From Candidatus Wirthbacteria bacterium (GTDB taxonomy: Bacteria; Patescibacteriota; CG2-30-54-11), in NCBI GenBank assembly GCA_903889905.1, contig CAISZI010000048.1, forward strand, positions 70,668 to 134,667: a stretch of DNA of 64,000 bases, in the 5' to 3' direction. The first letter of the stretch is position 1. Every line of letters begins with the position of its first letter. Position numbers and translations under genes: made by a program. The notes beneath the pieces were generated by a model. The model saw only the letters and a program-made list of their open reading frames with translations, was not told the origin of the DNA and did no database searches. Shown one piece after another: positions 49,739 through 59,290 of the stretch.

Positions 49739-50188
49739 ATGACCGAAACAACCTCTCTCCTCGCCGGTGTTGCTGGTGAATACTTTGTCGCGGCAGAGTT
49801 ATCCAGGCGCGGGTTTATTGCCTCAATAACTCTGCGTAATACCAAAGGTGTTGATATCCTCTGTTCCAATCAAGACGCGTCAAAGACGATTGGAATCCAG
49901 GTAAAAACAAACCGGGGGAAGACCAGAAGTTGGATCCTGAAGCAAAAAGCTGAGGACTATATGGCTGATGACCTTTTCTATGTCTTTGTAAATCTAAATG
50001 ACGGAGAGGGGCACCCCGATTATTTTATTGTCCCCAGTAATGATGTTGCGAAGTATGTCAGAGAATCACATGCAAACTGGCTCGATAAGCCAGGAAAAAA
50101 AGGGCAGAAACACAACGACACCACGATGCGACAGTTTCTTGATCGTGATGAAAAATATCGAAACAAATGGGAACTACTGAATCTATAG
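49739..50188 (+). CDS. PD-(D/E)xK nuclease-fold protein (Hjc/NucS-like core), function unknown
   Basis: 149 aa. GEYFVAAEL…GVDILC…IQVKT fits the E…D…(E/Q)xK restriction-endonuclease-like motif order. Convergent with hsdR at the island edge. Confidence 0.35.
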   Translation: MTETTSLLAGVAGEYFVAAELSRRGFIASITLRNTKGVDILCSNQDASKTIGIQVKTNRGKTRSWILKQKAEDYMADDLFYVFVNLNDGEGHPDYFIVPSNDVAKYVRESHANWLDKPGKKGQKHNDTTMRQFLDRDEKYRNKWELLNL

Positions 50189-50206
50189 TCACTAGTGTTA
50201 AAAATC

Positions 50207-53200
50207 CTAAAACACACTCTTCCCATCCCCATAATACCCATCAAACACATGCGAGAAGATCGCCCCGCACTTCTCTTCGTAGAGTTTCTTGTCATAGATC
50301 GCCGGCAAGTGTTCGAGCGAGTCTTTAATTGCAACCTCAATTGATGCCCTGGCAAACTCTTTGGCTCTCCAATCAAGCACCAGAAGGTCTTTGAGCTTCT
50401 GAAGGAGCTCACGTGCTACCTTTTTGACATCTCCCTGCTCCTGCTTGTTGAGTTTTGGGTCTGGCTTGGTCAGGAGGTCAAAGATAGCCAGTTCTTCCTC
50501 GTCACTTAGCCCTTCCCTGACTGCTCTTTTTTCTTCCTCTTCCAGATCCGCGGCAAAGGTGACCAAGTCCTGGTAGATCTCCTCCAATGAATGGCTCCCC
50601 GCGTTGTATTCGGCGACCATGTCTTTGAATTTCTTCACCAAATCGATCCGGGTACGGTTCATCTCGAATAGATGATTCACTTTGCCTTCGAGCAGCTTCT
50701 GCAAGAGGTCAATGGCATGGCGTCTGCGGCCTTCCTCGAACTGCTTCGCGAGCTTGTCAAAGTCAATTTTGCTTAGATCCATGGGTTGGGGGGATGTAAT
50801 CGAATACCCTGTTGTCCCGATCGTGTCATCGAGAAGGCCATCTACCTTGCGGACGATGCTGGTGATATCGACATCCGGTCGACGGGATTGGATGTTCTCG
50901 GCAATGGTCAGATACAGCTTGACCCGGTCATAGTAGGCAGCTACCCTGCCATCTGGTAGAACAGCTTTATAGAGCTGGTAGCACCCCTGCGTCATCTCCA
51001 GATAGTCTTTGCGGGTCTGCTCTGAGCTCATCAGGGCTTCAGAGGCGTTGTTGACTAGTTTTAGAAGCTCAACACGCTCCTTCCCAAGCATCTCTGCCGC
51101 TTGGATGCCGAGCTTGGCACAGAATGTGTTCAGTTTATCGAATCGATCTTCCAATTCCGCCAGAATCTCGTCTTTTTCCTTGATCGGGGTATCCTCTCCA
51201 TCTCCTCCCTGGTCGGCACCATAGATTGCCAGAGCCTTCTGAAGATTCCTAAAGACACCGATGTAATCGACAATGATACCATTGGGTTTGGTCTTGAAGA
51301 CACGATTGGCCCGGGCGATGGTCTGCATCAAGGTATGGTTCTTCATAGGACGGTCAAGGTAGACCGTCGAACAGGACTGGGCATCAAAGCCAGTCATCCA
51401 CATGGCGCAGACAAAGGCAATTCGAAGAGGATGATCCGCATCTTTGAATTCTTCCGCCAAGTCTTCCTTGTTCATGCGATCCCGGTGGGGTTTGGCATCA
51501 ATGCCATACTTTCGGGCATCATCGATCTCGTTCTGGCCTTGGGAGACCACCACAGCCATGTCAGTTGATTCCATGAAGTTGATTTTCGTCTCCAATGTTT
51601 CCAGCTTCTCGTCCCTGGCGTAGTAGAGCTCTTTGCGCAGGTCCTTGATCTTGGCATCCCAGTACTTCTTGACCTTTTCGAACATGCGATAGGTGGTCAG
51701 TTTATCAATGCTGACGATCATAGCCTTGCCAGGATAGCCCCGCCCGACAATGTGATCCACGATATCGCTCGCAATTCGCTCCAGACGTTCATCCCGGGTA
51801 ATCAAGTGGTATTGCTTGGAAAAATACCGCTGGAGCTTCAATTCTTGCTCATCGCTGAGCTCCTCTTGCTCCAGTAATTCATCCAGTTTGTCCGTTAGCT
51901 CTTGCTCATCGAGCTGGAGCTCTGGAATACGATTTTCATAAAACAGTGGCACGGTGGCATTGTCATCCACAGATTGCTTGAAGTTATAAATACTGACGTA
52001 ATCTCCAAATGTCTCCCGTGTCTTTTCCTCTCCGGCACCTTTGATCAAAGGGGTGCCTGTAAAGGCAATGAAACTGGCATGGGGAAGGCCTTCGCGCATG
52101 TTCATGGCCAAGGTGTCGTATTGGGAACGGTGGGCTTCGTCAGCCATGACAATGATGTCATTGCGGTCAGATAGGAGATCCCGATCACGGAACTTGTGGA
52201 TCAAGGTAAAGACATAACGGTGATCCTCGTGCAAAAGCTTCTTCAGATGTTCTGCCGACTCAGCATGAACCTGATCTTCTGGTTCGGAGACGGCTCCCGC
52301 TCCAGCAAAATTTTGATAAATTTGTTTATCAAGCTCTTTACGGTCAGTTAGCACCACAAATGTCCAGTTACCCGGCAGCTTCCTGAAGATCTTCTGGGAG
52401 TAAAAGATCATGGAGTAGCTCTTGCCGCTCCCCTGCGTATGCCAAAAGACGCCGGCGGCACCCTGGCCCTTGGGTTTGGCTTTGAATACCTCGATGGCTT
52501 GATTAACACCCAAAAACTGATGATTCTTGGCGACAATCTTGGCGATGCCACCGCGAACTTCTACAAACAGGGTAAAATTCTCAATCAAATCCAATAGTCT
52601 CGTCTTGTCACAAGTTCCACGGATCATGGCTTCCAGGGATATCTGAGGCTTCTCGTCTTCCTTCTCTACCTTTTTCCACTGGCTGAAATGCTCCCAGGTG
52701 GCGCTGACGCTACCCATGCGGCTATCCGTACCATTGGTGAGGATGATCATGGCGTTATACCAAAACAGCTGCGGGATGGTGTCCTTGTAATCCCGGATAT
52801 TGTCATCGAAGGCTTCCTTGACTGAATGGCTGGCGGATTTGTTCTCAATAAGCACCAAAGGGATGCCATTCACATACCCGATCAGGTCCGTGCGACGGGT
52901 ATAGTACTTACCGGTGATCCAAAGCTGCGAAACCAACAAGAAGTCATTATCGTTGGGGTTATCCCAATCAATGACCCGCAGATTAACTGTTTGTTCTGTT
53001 CCTTGATCATCCTTGAAACTAACCTTGATGCCATCGTGGATGAGTGCGTAGACCTCTTGATTGGCCCTGGTTAGGCTTTTGGTACTGCGATCGAGGGTAA
53101 GTTGGGCTATGGCATCATTGAGGACTTGGGAAGGAACATCGGGGTTAAGTTTTGTCAGAGCTTCCCGAAGGCGCGGCAAGAGCAGAACATCAGCTCGGAT

Positions 53201-53326
53201 TTGGCGCCCAAGGATACTGGTTGGGCCGGGGATTTCGTCAAAACAATCGACATGGGACCATTTCATGCCTTGGAAGAGGTCAATGCCAGACTTCTCAACG
53301 AGGGAATCTTCGGAGAATGGGTTCAT
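50207..53326 (-). CDS. hsdR: type I restriction enzyme R (endonuclease/translocase) subunit
   Basis: Start at MNPFSED (ATGA overlap with the upstream gene). N-terminal PD-(D/E)xK, SF2 helicase motifs (HTQGSGKSYSM Walker A, DEAH-like MADEAHRSQ), long C-terminal helical domain. 1039 aa from this start. Confidence 0.85.
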   Translation of the reverse strand: MNPFSEDSLVEKSGIDLFQGMKWSHVDCFDEIPGPTSILGRQIRADVLLLPRLREALTKLNPDVPSQVLNDAIAQLTLDRSTKSLTRANQEVYALIHDGIKVSFKDDQGTEQTVNLRVIDWDNPNDNDFLLVSQLWITGKYYTRRTDLIGYVNGIPLVLIENKSASHSVKEAFDDNIRDYKDTIPQLFWYNAMIILTNGTDSRMGSVSATWEHFSQWKKVEKEDEKPQISLEAMIRGTCDKTRLLDLIENFTLFVEVRGGIAKIVAKNHQFLGVNQAIEVFKAKPKGQGAAGVFWHTQGSGKSYSMIFYSQKIFRKLPGNWTFVVLTDRKELDKQIYQNFAGAGAVSEPEDQVHAESAEHLKKLLHEDHRYVFTLIHKFRDRDLLSDRNDIIVMADEAHRSQYDTLAMNMREGLPHASFIAFTGTPLIKGAGEEKTRETFGDYVSIYNFKQSVDDNATVPLFYENRIPELQLDEQELTDKLDELLEQEELSDEQELKLQRYFSKQYHLITRDERLERIASDIVDHIVGRGYPGKAMIVSIDKLTTYRMFEKVKKYWDAKIKDLRKELYYARDEKLETLETKINFMESTDMAVVVSQGQNEIDDARKYGIDAKPHRDRMNKEDLAEEFKDADHPLRIAFVCAMWMTGFDAQSCSTVYLDRPMKNHTLMQTIARANRVFKTKPNGIIVDYIGVFRNLQKALAIYGADQGGDGEDTPIKEKDEILAELEDRFDKLNTFCAKLGIQAAEMLGKERVELLKLVNNASEALMSSEQTRKDYLEMTQGCYQLYKAVLPDGRVAAYYDRVKLYLTIAENIQSRRPDVDITSIVRKVDGLLDDTIGTTGYSITSPQPMDLSKIDFDKLAKQFEEGRRRHAIDLLQKLLEGKVNHLFEMNRTRIDLVKKFKDMVAEYNAGSHSLEEIYQDLVTFAADLEEEEKRAVREGLSDEEELAIFDLLTKPDPKLNKQEQGDVKKVARELLQKLKDLLVLDWRAKEFARASIEVAIKDSLEHLPAIYDKKLYEEKCGAIFSHVFDGYYGDGKSVF

Positions 53327-53330
53327 GTGA
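53281..53330 (-). repeat. copy A of a ~48-bp direct repeat comprising the hsdR start codon and first 16 codons
   Basis: 53281-53330 is about 84% identical to 54541-54590. Copy A is the authentic hsdR 5' end (MNPFSEDSLVEKSGID). Confidence 0.6.
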
Positions 53331-54453
53331 TGAAACTCAGATAATTTTCTTGATTCACGACCAGAAACGATGCCTCGGGATAGGTGGATTGAAAAATGGC
53401 AGGCGCTTTGGCCGTAGCCTTGCCCCACTTGAACTCGTACGCATCGATCTTGCCACCCTGCTCCTCGATCCAGTCGATCTCCTGCTGGTCATAGGTACGC
53501 CAGAAATAATTGCTCGTAGAAAAATGCTTATAGGTCTGATATTTGATACGCTCGCTAACGAGAAAATTTTCCCAGAGCGCACCCTGGTCATTGCGGGAAT
53601 CGAGCGGATTAAACATACTGATGACGGCATTACGCACACCATTGTCGTAGAAAAAGTATTTGGGCTTGGAGGTTAGTTCTTTGCGCAGGTTGCGGCTGAA
53701 ACCGCCGAGACGGTAGAGGGTGAATGTTTGCTCCAGGAGCCACAGGTAACGCCCAACTGTTTTGACATCGACCTCGAGCTTTTGAGCCAGCTCGGTATAG
53801 GATACCTCTGCCCCGACCTGAAAGGCGACAAGCTTGAGCAGCTTGACCAGAGTCTGCGGGCTACGGACCTGCTCCAGGGCAAATATATCCTTCAGCAGAT
53901 AAGATCCGACTAGATCGAGCAGGTACTCCTCGCGGTCTGCGTCAGTTTTTTGATTGAGCACGTCCGGATAGTTGCCATAGATGAGGTAGGAGGTCAGGGA
54001 CGATTTAAGTTCATAGGGATTGAACCTGGCAGAGAGCTCCATCTGGGACAGAGGATAGAGGTGCAGCGTTTTTTTGCGACCGACCAGCGGCTCACCAACC
54101 TGCCGGGCCAATTCAAAGGAGGACGATCCGGTAGCGATTACCCGGATGGGTTTGATCTGGTCCACGATGATCTTGAGCCCCATGCCGATATAGGGAACCA
54201 TCTGTGCCTCGTCAATCACAATGAGTTCATACCCCGCACAGAATTCCCTGATCCGGTCAAAGTCCTGTGAACCCAACACTTCCCGTACCTGAATATTGTC
54301 TCCAGACACGAGCAGATATTTCCATTTCGTGGTACTCAAGTACCGCTCGATCAGCGTGGTCTTGCCAACCCGACGGGGACCAAAGAGCAAAAGTACTCGA
54401 TTTGGCTCAAGATAGGATTCCAGATCCTGACAGTAGCGGGGTACGTATTCCAT
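53323..54453 (-). CDS. AAA-family ATPase with C-terminal DUF4143 domain
   Basis: 376 aa. Walker A GPRRVGKTT, Walker B VIDEAQ, conserved DUF4143-type C-terminal region. Stop overlaps the hsdR ATG (ATGA). Confidence 0.7.
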   Translation of the reverse strand: MEYVPRYCQDLESYLEPNRVLLLFGPRRVGKTTLIERYLSTTKWKYLLVSGDNIQVREVLGSQDFDRIREFCAGYELIVIDEAQMVPYIGMGLKIIVDQIKPIRVIATGSSSFELARQVGEPLVGRKKTLHLYPLSQMELSARFNPYELKSSLTSYLIYGNYPDVLNQKTDADREEYLLDLVGSYLLKDIFALEQVRSPQTLVKLLKLVAFQVGAEVSYTELAQKLEVDVKTVGRYLWLLEQTFTLYRLGGFSRNLRKELTSKPKYFFYDNGVRNAVISMFNPLDSRNDQGALWENFLVSERIKYQTYKHFSTSNYFWRTYDQQEIDWIEEQGGKIDAYEFKWGKATAKAPAIFQSTYPEASFLVVNQENYLSFIT

Positions 54454-54489
54454 ATTTTTAGCTCAATTTAAGGATTCGTGTTCCTCAAA

Positions 54490-54518
54490 ATTATACCAAA
54501 ACGTGGATTTAGCGTCAA
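54490..54518 (-). promoter_or_regulatory. sigma70-type promoter TTGACG-N17-TATAAT driving the DUF4143 ATPase gene
   Basis: Minus-strand GTTGACGctaaatccacgttttggTATAATttt. The -10 lies ~37 nt upstream of the ATG at 54453. Confidence 0.45.
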
Positions 54519-54540
54519 CTTACTTAGTATTCAGTCAAGG

Positions 54541-54590
54541 AAATGCCGAATTGTTCGACGAGGTAATCTTCGGAGAATTGGTTCATCGTG
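54541..54590 (-). repeat. copy B of the hsdR 5'-end repeat (remnant start MNQFSEDYLVEQFGIS then stop)
   Basis: Minus strand reads ATGAACCAATTCTCCGAAGATTACCTCGTCGAACAATTCGGCATTTCCTTGACTGAATACTAA. This mirrors the hsdR N-terminus. Its ATG overlaps the toxin stop as ATGA, as at the true hsdR junction. Confidence 0.6.
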
Positions 54591-54957
54591 GATACACGCC
54601 TGTTGCTAAAGTCTTCAGAAAATCATCAATTCGTTGCTGAGACTCGCATTCCTGCTGGCCATGCATATAAATCTCGATGAAAACAATTTTTGCAGCGATC
54701 ACCCCAAAGGCAAACACCAGTCTCATCTTGCTTGAACCTTTGAGGCTGCGGACCATGAGGCGGGTCTTGATAATCAATAACTGTCTGGCCGTATCACGAT
54801 GGAGAATATCGTACCGATTATTGTGGTCAAAATCGACACCAACGATAAATTTACGGAAATTATCCAGATCCTGCGTCAGCGAGGCGCATTTTTTGGATAA
54901 TTTTTTCAGATCACGATCAAAAGCCGGCAGTGACTCGAACTCAAATCTCGTCGTCAT
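54583..54957 (-). CDS. RelE/ParE-superfamily toxin (Panacea-associated toxin, PanT)
   Basis: 124 aa. FxFxxxFxRDLKKLSKK N-terminus and …KMRLVFAF…IEIYMHGQQ C-terminal region typical of RelE/ParE/HigB. 17-nt overlap with the upstream antitoxin gene. Confidence 0.5.
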   Translation of the reverse strand: MTTRFEFESLPAFDRDLKKLSKKCASLTQDLDNFRKFIVGVDFDHNNRYDILHRDTARQLLIIKTRLMVRSLKGSSKMRLVFAFGVIAAKIVFIEIYMHGQQECESQQRIDDFLKTLATGVYPR

Positions 54958-55684
54958 ACTGCCTCACCGAGTAGGGATCATTGCGATAGAAAACACTTTC
55001 GTAGGAAATTTCCTCGCCGTCGTCGTGCGCCAGCCAGGGGACATCGCCATGCGAGTAGTCACTCAATTCCTTCGCCGATTTGTCTGCAAGTTGGGTCAGC
55101 ACACGATCAATCAGATCGAGCTCACGACCACTCAGTTTGGTCAAGTCAGCCACAGCGCGAGGCAGGAATTTGCGCTGGTCAAACATAAAATATTTGCTTT
55201 TGACTTCCTCCATCTCACCGTCCTGCTTCATTTGCTCAATCACCTTGATAAACTCTTTTGGGGTGGGACCATGAAGATTTTTGATATAGGTGAGGCCCAT
55301 GAGCTGTTCTTCGTATTTTTCGTAGTAGTCAAAATCGATGAAGTACAGCAATTTGTACAAAACTGTGAGACCCACGTTGGGTTTGGCGCCCACCTTGCCC
55401 AGGATATAGAGCAGGACCTGTTTGAATTTGTCCAGATGCTGCTGGGGGATATCGATGCGCATGGTCGAAGGAACGCTGGCAGGCGAAGTAGCGGCTGCCA
55501 GCGAAAAAATCTGCTCCAGTTTTTCACGTTCGGCGAGGGTCAGCGGACGCTTGCCTTGTTCAATTTTGACCAAAGTCGGACGGGAGACACCGAGCCGCGT
55601 GGCCAATTCTTGCTGCGACATGTGATATTGCTGGCGTAGTGAATGGATTTCGATGGTGGTTGGGGTAGTCATTGGAGTATCCAC
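54941..55684 (-). CDS. XRE-HTH plus Panacea (DUF4065, SocA-like) domain antitoxin
   Basis: 247 aa. HTH LRQQYHMSQQELATRLGVSRPTLVKIEQGKR, then a DUF4065-type domain (VLYKLLYFIDFDYYEKYEEQLMGLTYIKNLHGP). Confidence 0.6.
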   Translation of the reverse strand: MDTPMTTPTTIEIHSLRQQYHMSQQELATRLGVSRPTLVKIEQGKRPLTLAEREKLEQIFSLAAATSPASVPSTMRIDIPQQHLDKFKQVLLYILGKVGAKPNVGLTVLYKLLYFIDFDYYEKYEEQLMGLTYIKNLHGPTPKEFIKVIEQMKQDGEMEEVKSKYFMFDQRKFLPRAVADLTKLSGRELDLIDRVLTQLADKSAKELSDYSHGDVPWLAHDDGEEISYESVFYRNDPYSVRQYDDEI

Positions 55685-55718
55685 ATATTCATATTGATGA
55701 CACTATTTTTGTGAAATA

Positions 55719-55748
55719 ACAATACATGGATAGCGAAACAATGTCAAT
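55719..55748 (-). promoter_or_regulatory. candidate promoter TTGACA-N18-TATTGT for the PanA-toxin pair
   Basis: Minus strand cattGACAttgtttcgctatccatgTATTGTtatt in the 77-bp hsdS-panA spacer. Confidence 0.3.
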
Positions 55749-55761
55749 GTTTACAAATATT

Positions 55762-56901
55762 TTACAATAATTTTACAGAGACCTCTCCACTCATCAATCT
55801 TGGCAATAACAAATTCCTCGTTATTCTAAAATTTTGGCTCTGCAAGTGAAGCTTCTGAATCAAGTCAAACATTGGCCTGACAAGTTTTGAAAATCGATCC
55901 AGACAAATAACCGGAGGTTGCGAGAGCAAGTATTGGTTGAAGCAACTTTCCTGCACGCGTTGGCGTCCAGACGCCCCCGTCATGCTCTTTATTGCATGTT
56001 TTCGAAATTCGTCACTACGAGCCAATAAATATACATACTCAGGTGTAAGTGAATGTGATCGCATAACAATATATTCTGTCGATCCAAAAGCCACCGCTTT
56101 CTCGTCAGGCAGAAATTGCACAAAACCCGTTTTACCATTTTCCAGACAGGGTGTTATCCTCGCAAGTAGTGTGTCTCTATTTTGAAATTTAGCACCGCTA
56201 TTGCCTGTTCGAGATTCAACATCGGTGATTATTATTGAATCCGTTGAAAGACATCCCATTGGGACAAACGCCTTTTCTCCATCACGGGGAACAGATACTC
56301 TTGGGTTAAAATCAACACATTCAACCACTTTCTTCACCTCCCACCCCTCCGGCACCATCCCCAATTCCGTCCCCGAATCCACCATTTTGACCTTCTCATG
56401 CCCCGGGAACCGGAACTCCACAAACCACTCCCGATAGAGCCGCCTCGCCATTTCTTCCAGGATCTGGATGCGGCGGGTGTTGTTTTCGATTAGGTCGTCG
56501 TAAGCGGAAAGAATGGAGGCGATTTTCTTTTGAACATGCAATACTGGAACATCGATCTCAATCGTCGACAAATGATTTCGATTTAATGTTGGTACTCCTG
56601 CGCCTGCGTTGAAACGAGAAAAATCTAATCCAATCAATTTAAAATATACATATCTAGGGTCATTGCCCTTGAAATCCTTAACCCAAAGAGACGTATTATG
56701 GGGCCAGTACGGATCTTTAACATATTGAACCGTTCCTAACGATCCGCTGCGTCCAATTACAACGCCAGGGGCATCCGCTTTAAATTCATGATGATACCCG
56801 ATTATCGAAGTGGATCCGACCACTGGATAAATACCATCATTCATATTGATTCTTGTAAGATCGAAACCCCTTTGTAGAGTAATGAAATCATCAAGTCTCA
56901 T
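55762..56901 (-). CDS. hsdS: type I restriction-modification specificity subunit (two TRDs)
   Basis: 379 aa. Two target-recognition domains separated by conserved helical repeats (…LEEMARRLYREWFVEFRFPGHE…, C-terminal …NLLLPRLMSGEV). Confidence 0.8.
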   Translation of the reverse strand: MRLDDFITLQRGFDLTRINMNDGIYPVVGSTSIIGYHHEFKADAPGVVIGRSGSLGTVQYVKDPYWPHNTSLWVKDFKGNDPRYVYFKLIGLDFSRFNAGAGVPTLNRNHLSTIEIDVPVLHVQKKIASILSAYDDLIENNTRRIQILEEMARRLYREWFVEFRFPGHEKVKMVDSGTELGMVPEGWEVKKVVECVDFNPRVSVPRDGEKAFVPMGCLSTDSIIITDVESRTGNSGAKFQNRDTLLARITPCLENGKTGFVQFLPDEKAVAFGSTEYIVMRSHSLTPEYVYLLARSDEFRKHAIKSMTGASGRQRVQESCFNQYLLSQPPVICLDRFSKLVRPMFDLIQKLHLQSQNFRITRNLLLPRLMSGEVSVKLL

Positions 56902-57706
56902 CCGGATTCTCCATTTTCTTTAACTTTTCACCCTCAATTCTCTTCCCCGCTTTTTGGACACTATCGGGCGTCGGCAGCTGTTCGGGCATGGTGCCGCCTA
57001 GTTCTTTGATCGTCTCCCGCACCTTTTTGCCGACTTGCAGGTGGGTCAGATTGGCTTTGTCCTGACCTTTGATGCCTTCTCTCCTGAGCTTGGCTTCTGC
57101 CTGCGTCGCCCGGAATAAGTTAGCGGCCAGCTCTTCACTGCCCATGTGGTCGAGGATTTGCTGGTTTTTTTTGAGTTGTTTGCGTGCATGAATGTCTTTT
57201 TGGGACAACCCGCCGTATAGCCCCATGTAGCCGTAATTTTGAAACGTCCCAAAACTGACCACACCGGCATCGTCAGCAGCCTTGGCCAGTTTTTTGTTGT
57301 GCGTTTTCATTTCTTCGCGTAGCAAAACCCGTTTGTGATCCTCGATCATCTGATCCGCCACTTCTTGCCGGTGCGTCTGGATGGCAAAGTAAGTTTGCCC
57401 CAGCGCGACGATTTCTTTGGACGGATCGGCATTCTGAACGATCAGATAGCAGGCATAGCGAGACAACCGGATATCTTCGACCTGCCGCCTGGCTCCTGAG
57501 CCAATTTCGACCATATCGTGCACATCCTCGAAATGGTCTGCAATTGCTTGACCACTGTTTTGGCAGGCAATCTTGGCTTTATCAATAACTGGCACGAAGA
57601 AACGATACTCGGAATACCCCAAAATTTTGGAAAGTTCCCTCGCTGACCAGTATTCGGACTGATATTCATTGACCTTCTTGATCGCATCGAACTGGTTGCT
57701 GGTCAT
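56891..57706 (-). CDS. dinD: DNA-damage-inducible protein D (DinD; BRO-N/KilA-N-like)
   Basis: 271 aa. N-terminus …EYWSARELSKILGYSEYRFFVPVIDKAKIAC…SRYACYLIVQNADPSKEIVALGQTYFAIQTHRQE matches DinD. Sits between hsdM and hsdS with 11-nt and 4-nt junctions. Confidence 0.65.
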   Translation of the reverse strand: MTSNQFDAIKKVNEYQSEYWSARELSKILGYSEYRFFVPVIDKAKIACQNSGQAIADHFEDVHDMVEIGSGARRQVEDIRLSRYACYLIVQNADPSKEIVALGQTYFAIQTHRQEVADQMIEDHKRVLLREEMKTHNKKLAKAADDAGVVSFGTFQNYGYMGLYGGLSQKDIHARKQLKKNQQILDHMGSEELAANLFRATQAEAKLRREGIKGQDKANLTHLQVGKKVRETIKELGGTMPEQLPTPDSVQKAGKRIEGEKLKKMENPDET

Positions 57707-57709
57707 CTA

Positions 57710-59266
57710 TTACTCCTTGTGATTAGTAAAAATTAGCGCAACGTTCTTACTGATGGTTTCTTCCAGCCCATTCGCCTCAGTAGTCAGAAGCTCGAATTCA
57801 TCGTTAAGAGTCCTCAACTTGGCCTTGAAATCCTCATCACTGACTACTTCGCCATCGGCAATTCCAACATATAGCCCTGGATTTAGGGACCAACCTTGCG
57901 CCACGATTTCCGTAGCCGTCGCTACTTTGCAAAGCCCCTTCACATCCCGATATTTGCCGTCCGGAAAATTGGCTTTAAGCAAAGCATTATCAGAGTATTC
58001 CGGCACTTTCCCCCGATACATCCGGACAATGTCTGACAAAAACTGCAAATGTTCTTCCCCAAACTCCCGATGCGCTCGATCTACCTGCACGAAGTGATGC
58101 CGGGCATCGAGAAATAGAACATTGTCTTTGCGGTCCTGTGGCTTGCCCTTGTCCAAAAACCACAAAGTACAAGGCAACGTCACCGTATCAAAAAAATTGG
58201 GAGATATAGCTACCATCACATCTACATGCCCAGCTTCGATTAACTTCTGGCGGATCGCCATCTCACTATTGCGCGCATCGCTGGCAGAATTGGCCATGAC
58301 GAACCCGGCACGCCCAGTCTGATTGAGCGGGCTATAGAACTGCTGTATCCATAGGTAATTGGCATTGGACGTGGACGGCATCCCAAATGGAAACCGTTGC
58401 CGATCATCCTTCATCCGGTCCTTGTCCGCACCTTCATTATTGAATGGCGGATTAGCCATCACGAAGTCGCAGCGCCCGACGGCATGATGAGGATCTTCAT
58501 AGTAGCTGTTGCCGGTACGAATATCGCCATTGAGCCCATGGATGGCCAGGTTCATCTTAGCAAGGTTGGTATTGGAGGTCGTCAGCTCCTGCCCAATGAT
58601 CGAAAGCTCCGAGATAGGATTGTGCTGATGCCGTGCAACGAAGTCCGCACTTTGGACAAACATGCCACCCGATCCGCAAGCCGGGTCATAAATCACCCCA
58701 TGGTAGGGCTCGATAATCTCGACAATCAGCTTGACCAAAGATGTCGGGGTAAAGAACTCCCCACCCTTTTCCCCAGACTTCTTGTGAAACTTGCCCAGGA
58801 AGTACTCATAGATCTTGCCAAAGACATCGCCTTCAACCTCAGTCATCTCCGTGCTGTTAAACGTTTTGAGCAAGTTTAGTAGCACCTTCTTGTCTATCCG
58901 GGCATATCCGCGAGGTAAAACGCCCTTCAAATCAGTATTTTCTTTCTCTATCTCCTCCATCGCGTGGTCTACTGCCTTGGCAACATCATCACCATCCGTG
59001 AGGTTGATTAAATAAGAATAACGGGCCTCGGGAGTCAAATAGATCGCCCGACGCGCCAAAAAGTCCGCCTTGCCCACGGTTCGACGGCTGGAAGTGGCTT
59101 GCGAGCTTAGTTCCTGCTCAATCCGGGTAAATTTGACGTCTGCATATTTCAAAAAAATAAGACCCAAAACCGGCATCGTGTATTCCGATGGTTTCAGGTC
59201 CGCATTTCCCCACAATTGCTCAGCCGATTCCCACAAAGTGGCTTCGAGTTGTTTGTTATAGGTCAT
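57710..59266 (-). CDS. hsdM: type I restriction-modification N6-adenine DNA methyltransferase subunit
   Basis: 518 aa. N-terminal HsdM_N, SAM motif [10 protein letters not shown], catalytic NPPF. Confidence 0.85.
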   Translation of the reverse strand: MTYNKQLEATLWESAEQLWGNADLKPSEYTMPVLGLIFLKYADVKFTRIEQELSSQATSSRRTVGKADFLARRAIYLTPEARYSYLINLTDGDDVAKAVDHAMEEIEKENTDLKGVLPRGYARIDKKVLLNLLKTFNSTEMTEVEGDVFGKIYEYFLGKFHKKSGEKGGEFFTPTSLVKLIVEIIEPYHGVIYDPACGSGGMFVQSADFVARHQHNPISELSIIGQELTTSNTNLAKMNLAIHGLNGDIRTGNSYYEDPHHAVGRCDFVMANPPFNNEGADKDRMKDDRQRFPFGMPSTSNANYLWIQQFYSPLNQTGRAGFVMANSASDARNSEMAIRQKLIEAGHVDVMVAISPNFFDTVTLPCTLWFLDKGKPQDRKDNVLFLDARHHFVQVDRAHREFGEEHLQFLSDIVRMYRGKVPEYSDNALLKANFPDGKYRDVKGLCKVATATEIVAQGWSLNPGLYVGIADGEVVSDEDFKAKLRTLNDEFELLTTEANGLEETISKNVALIFTNHKE

Positions 59267-59290
59267 TCATTTCCTCGTAATTAAATCACT

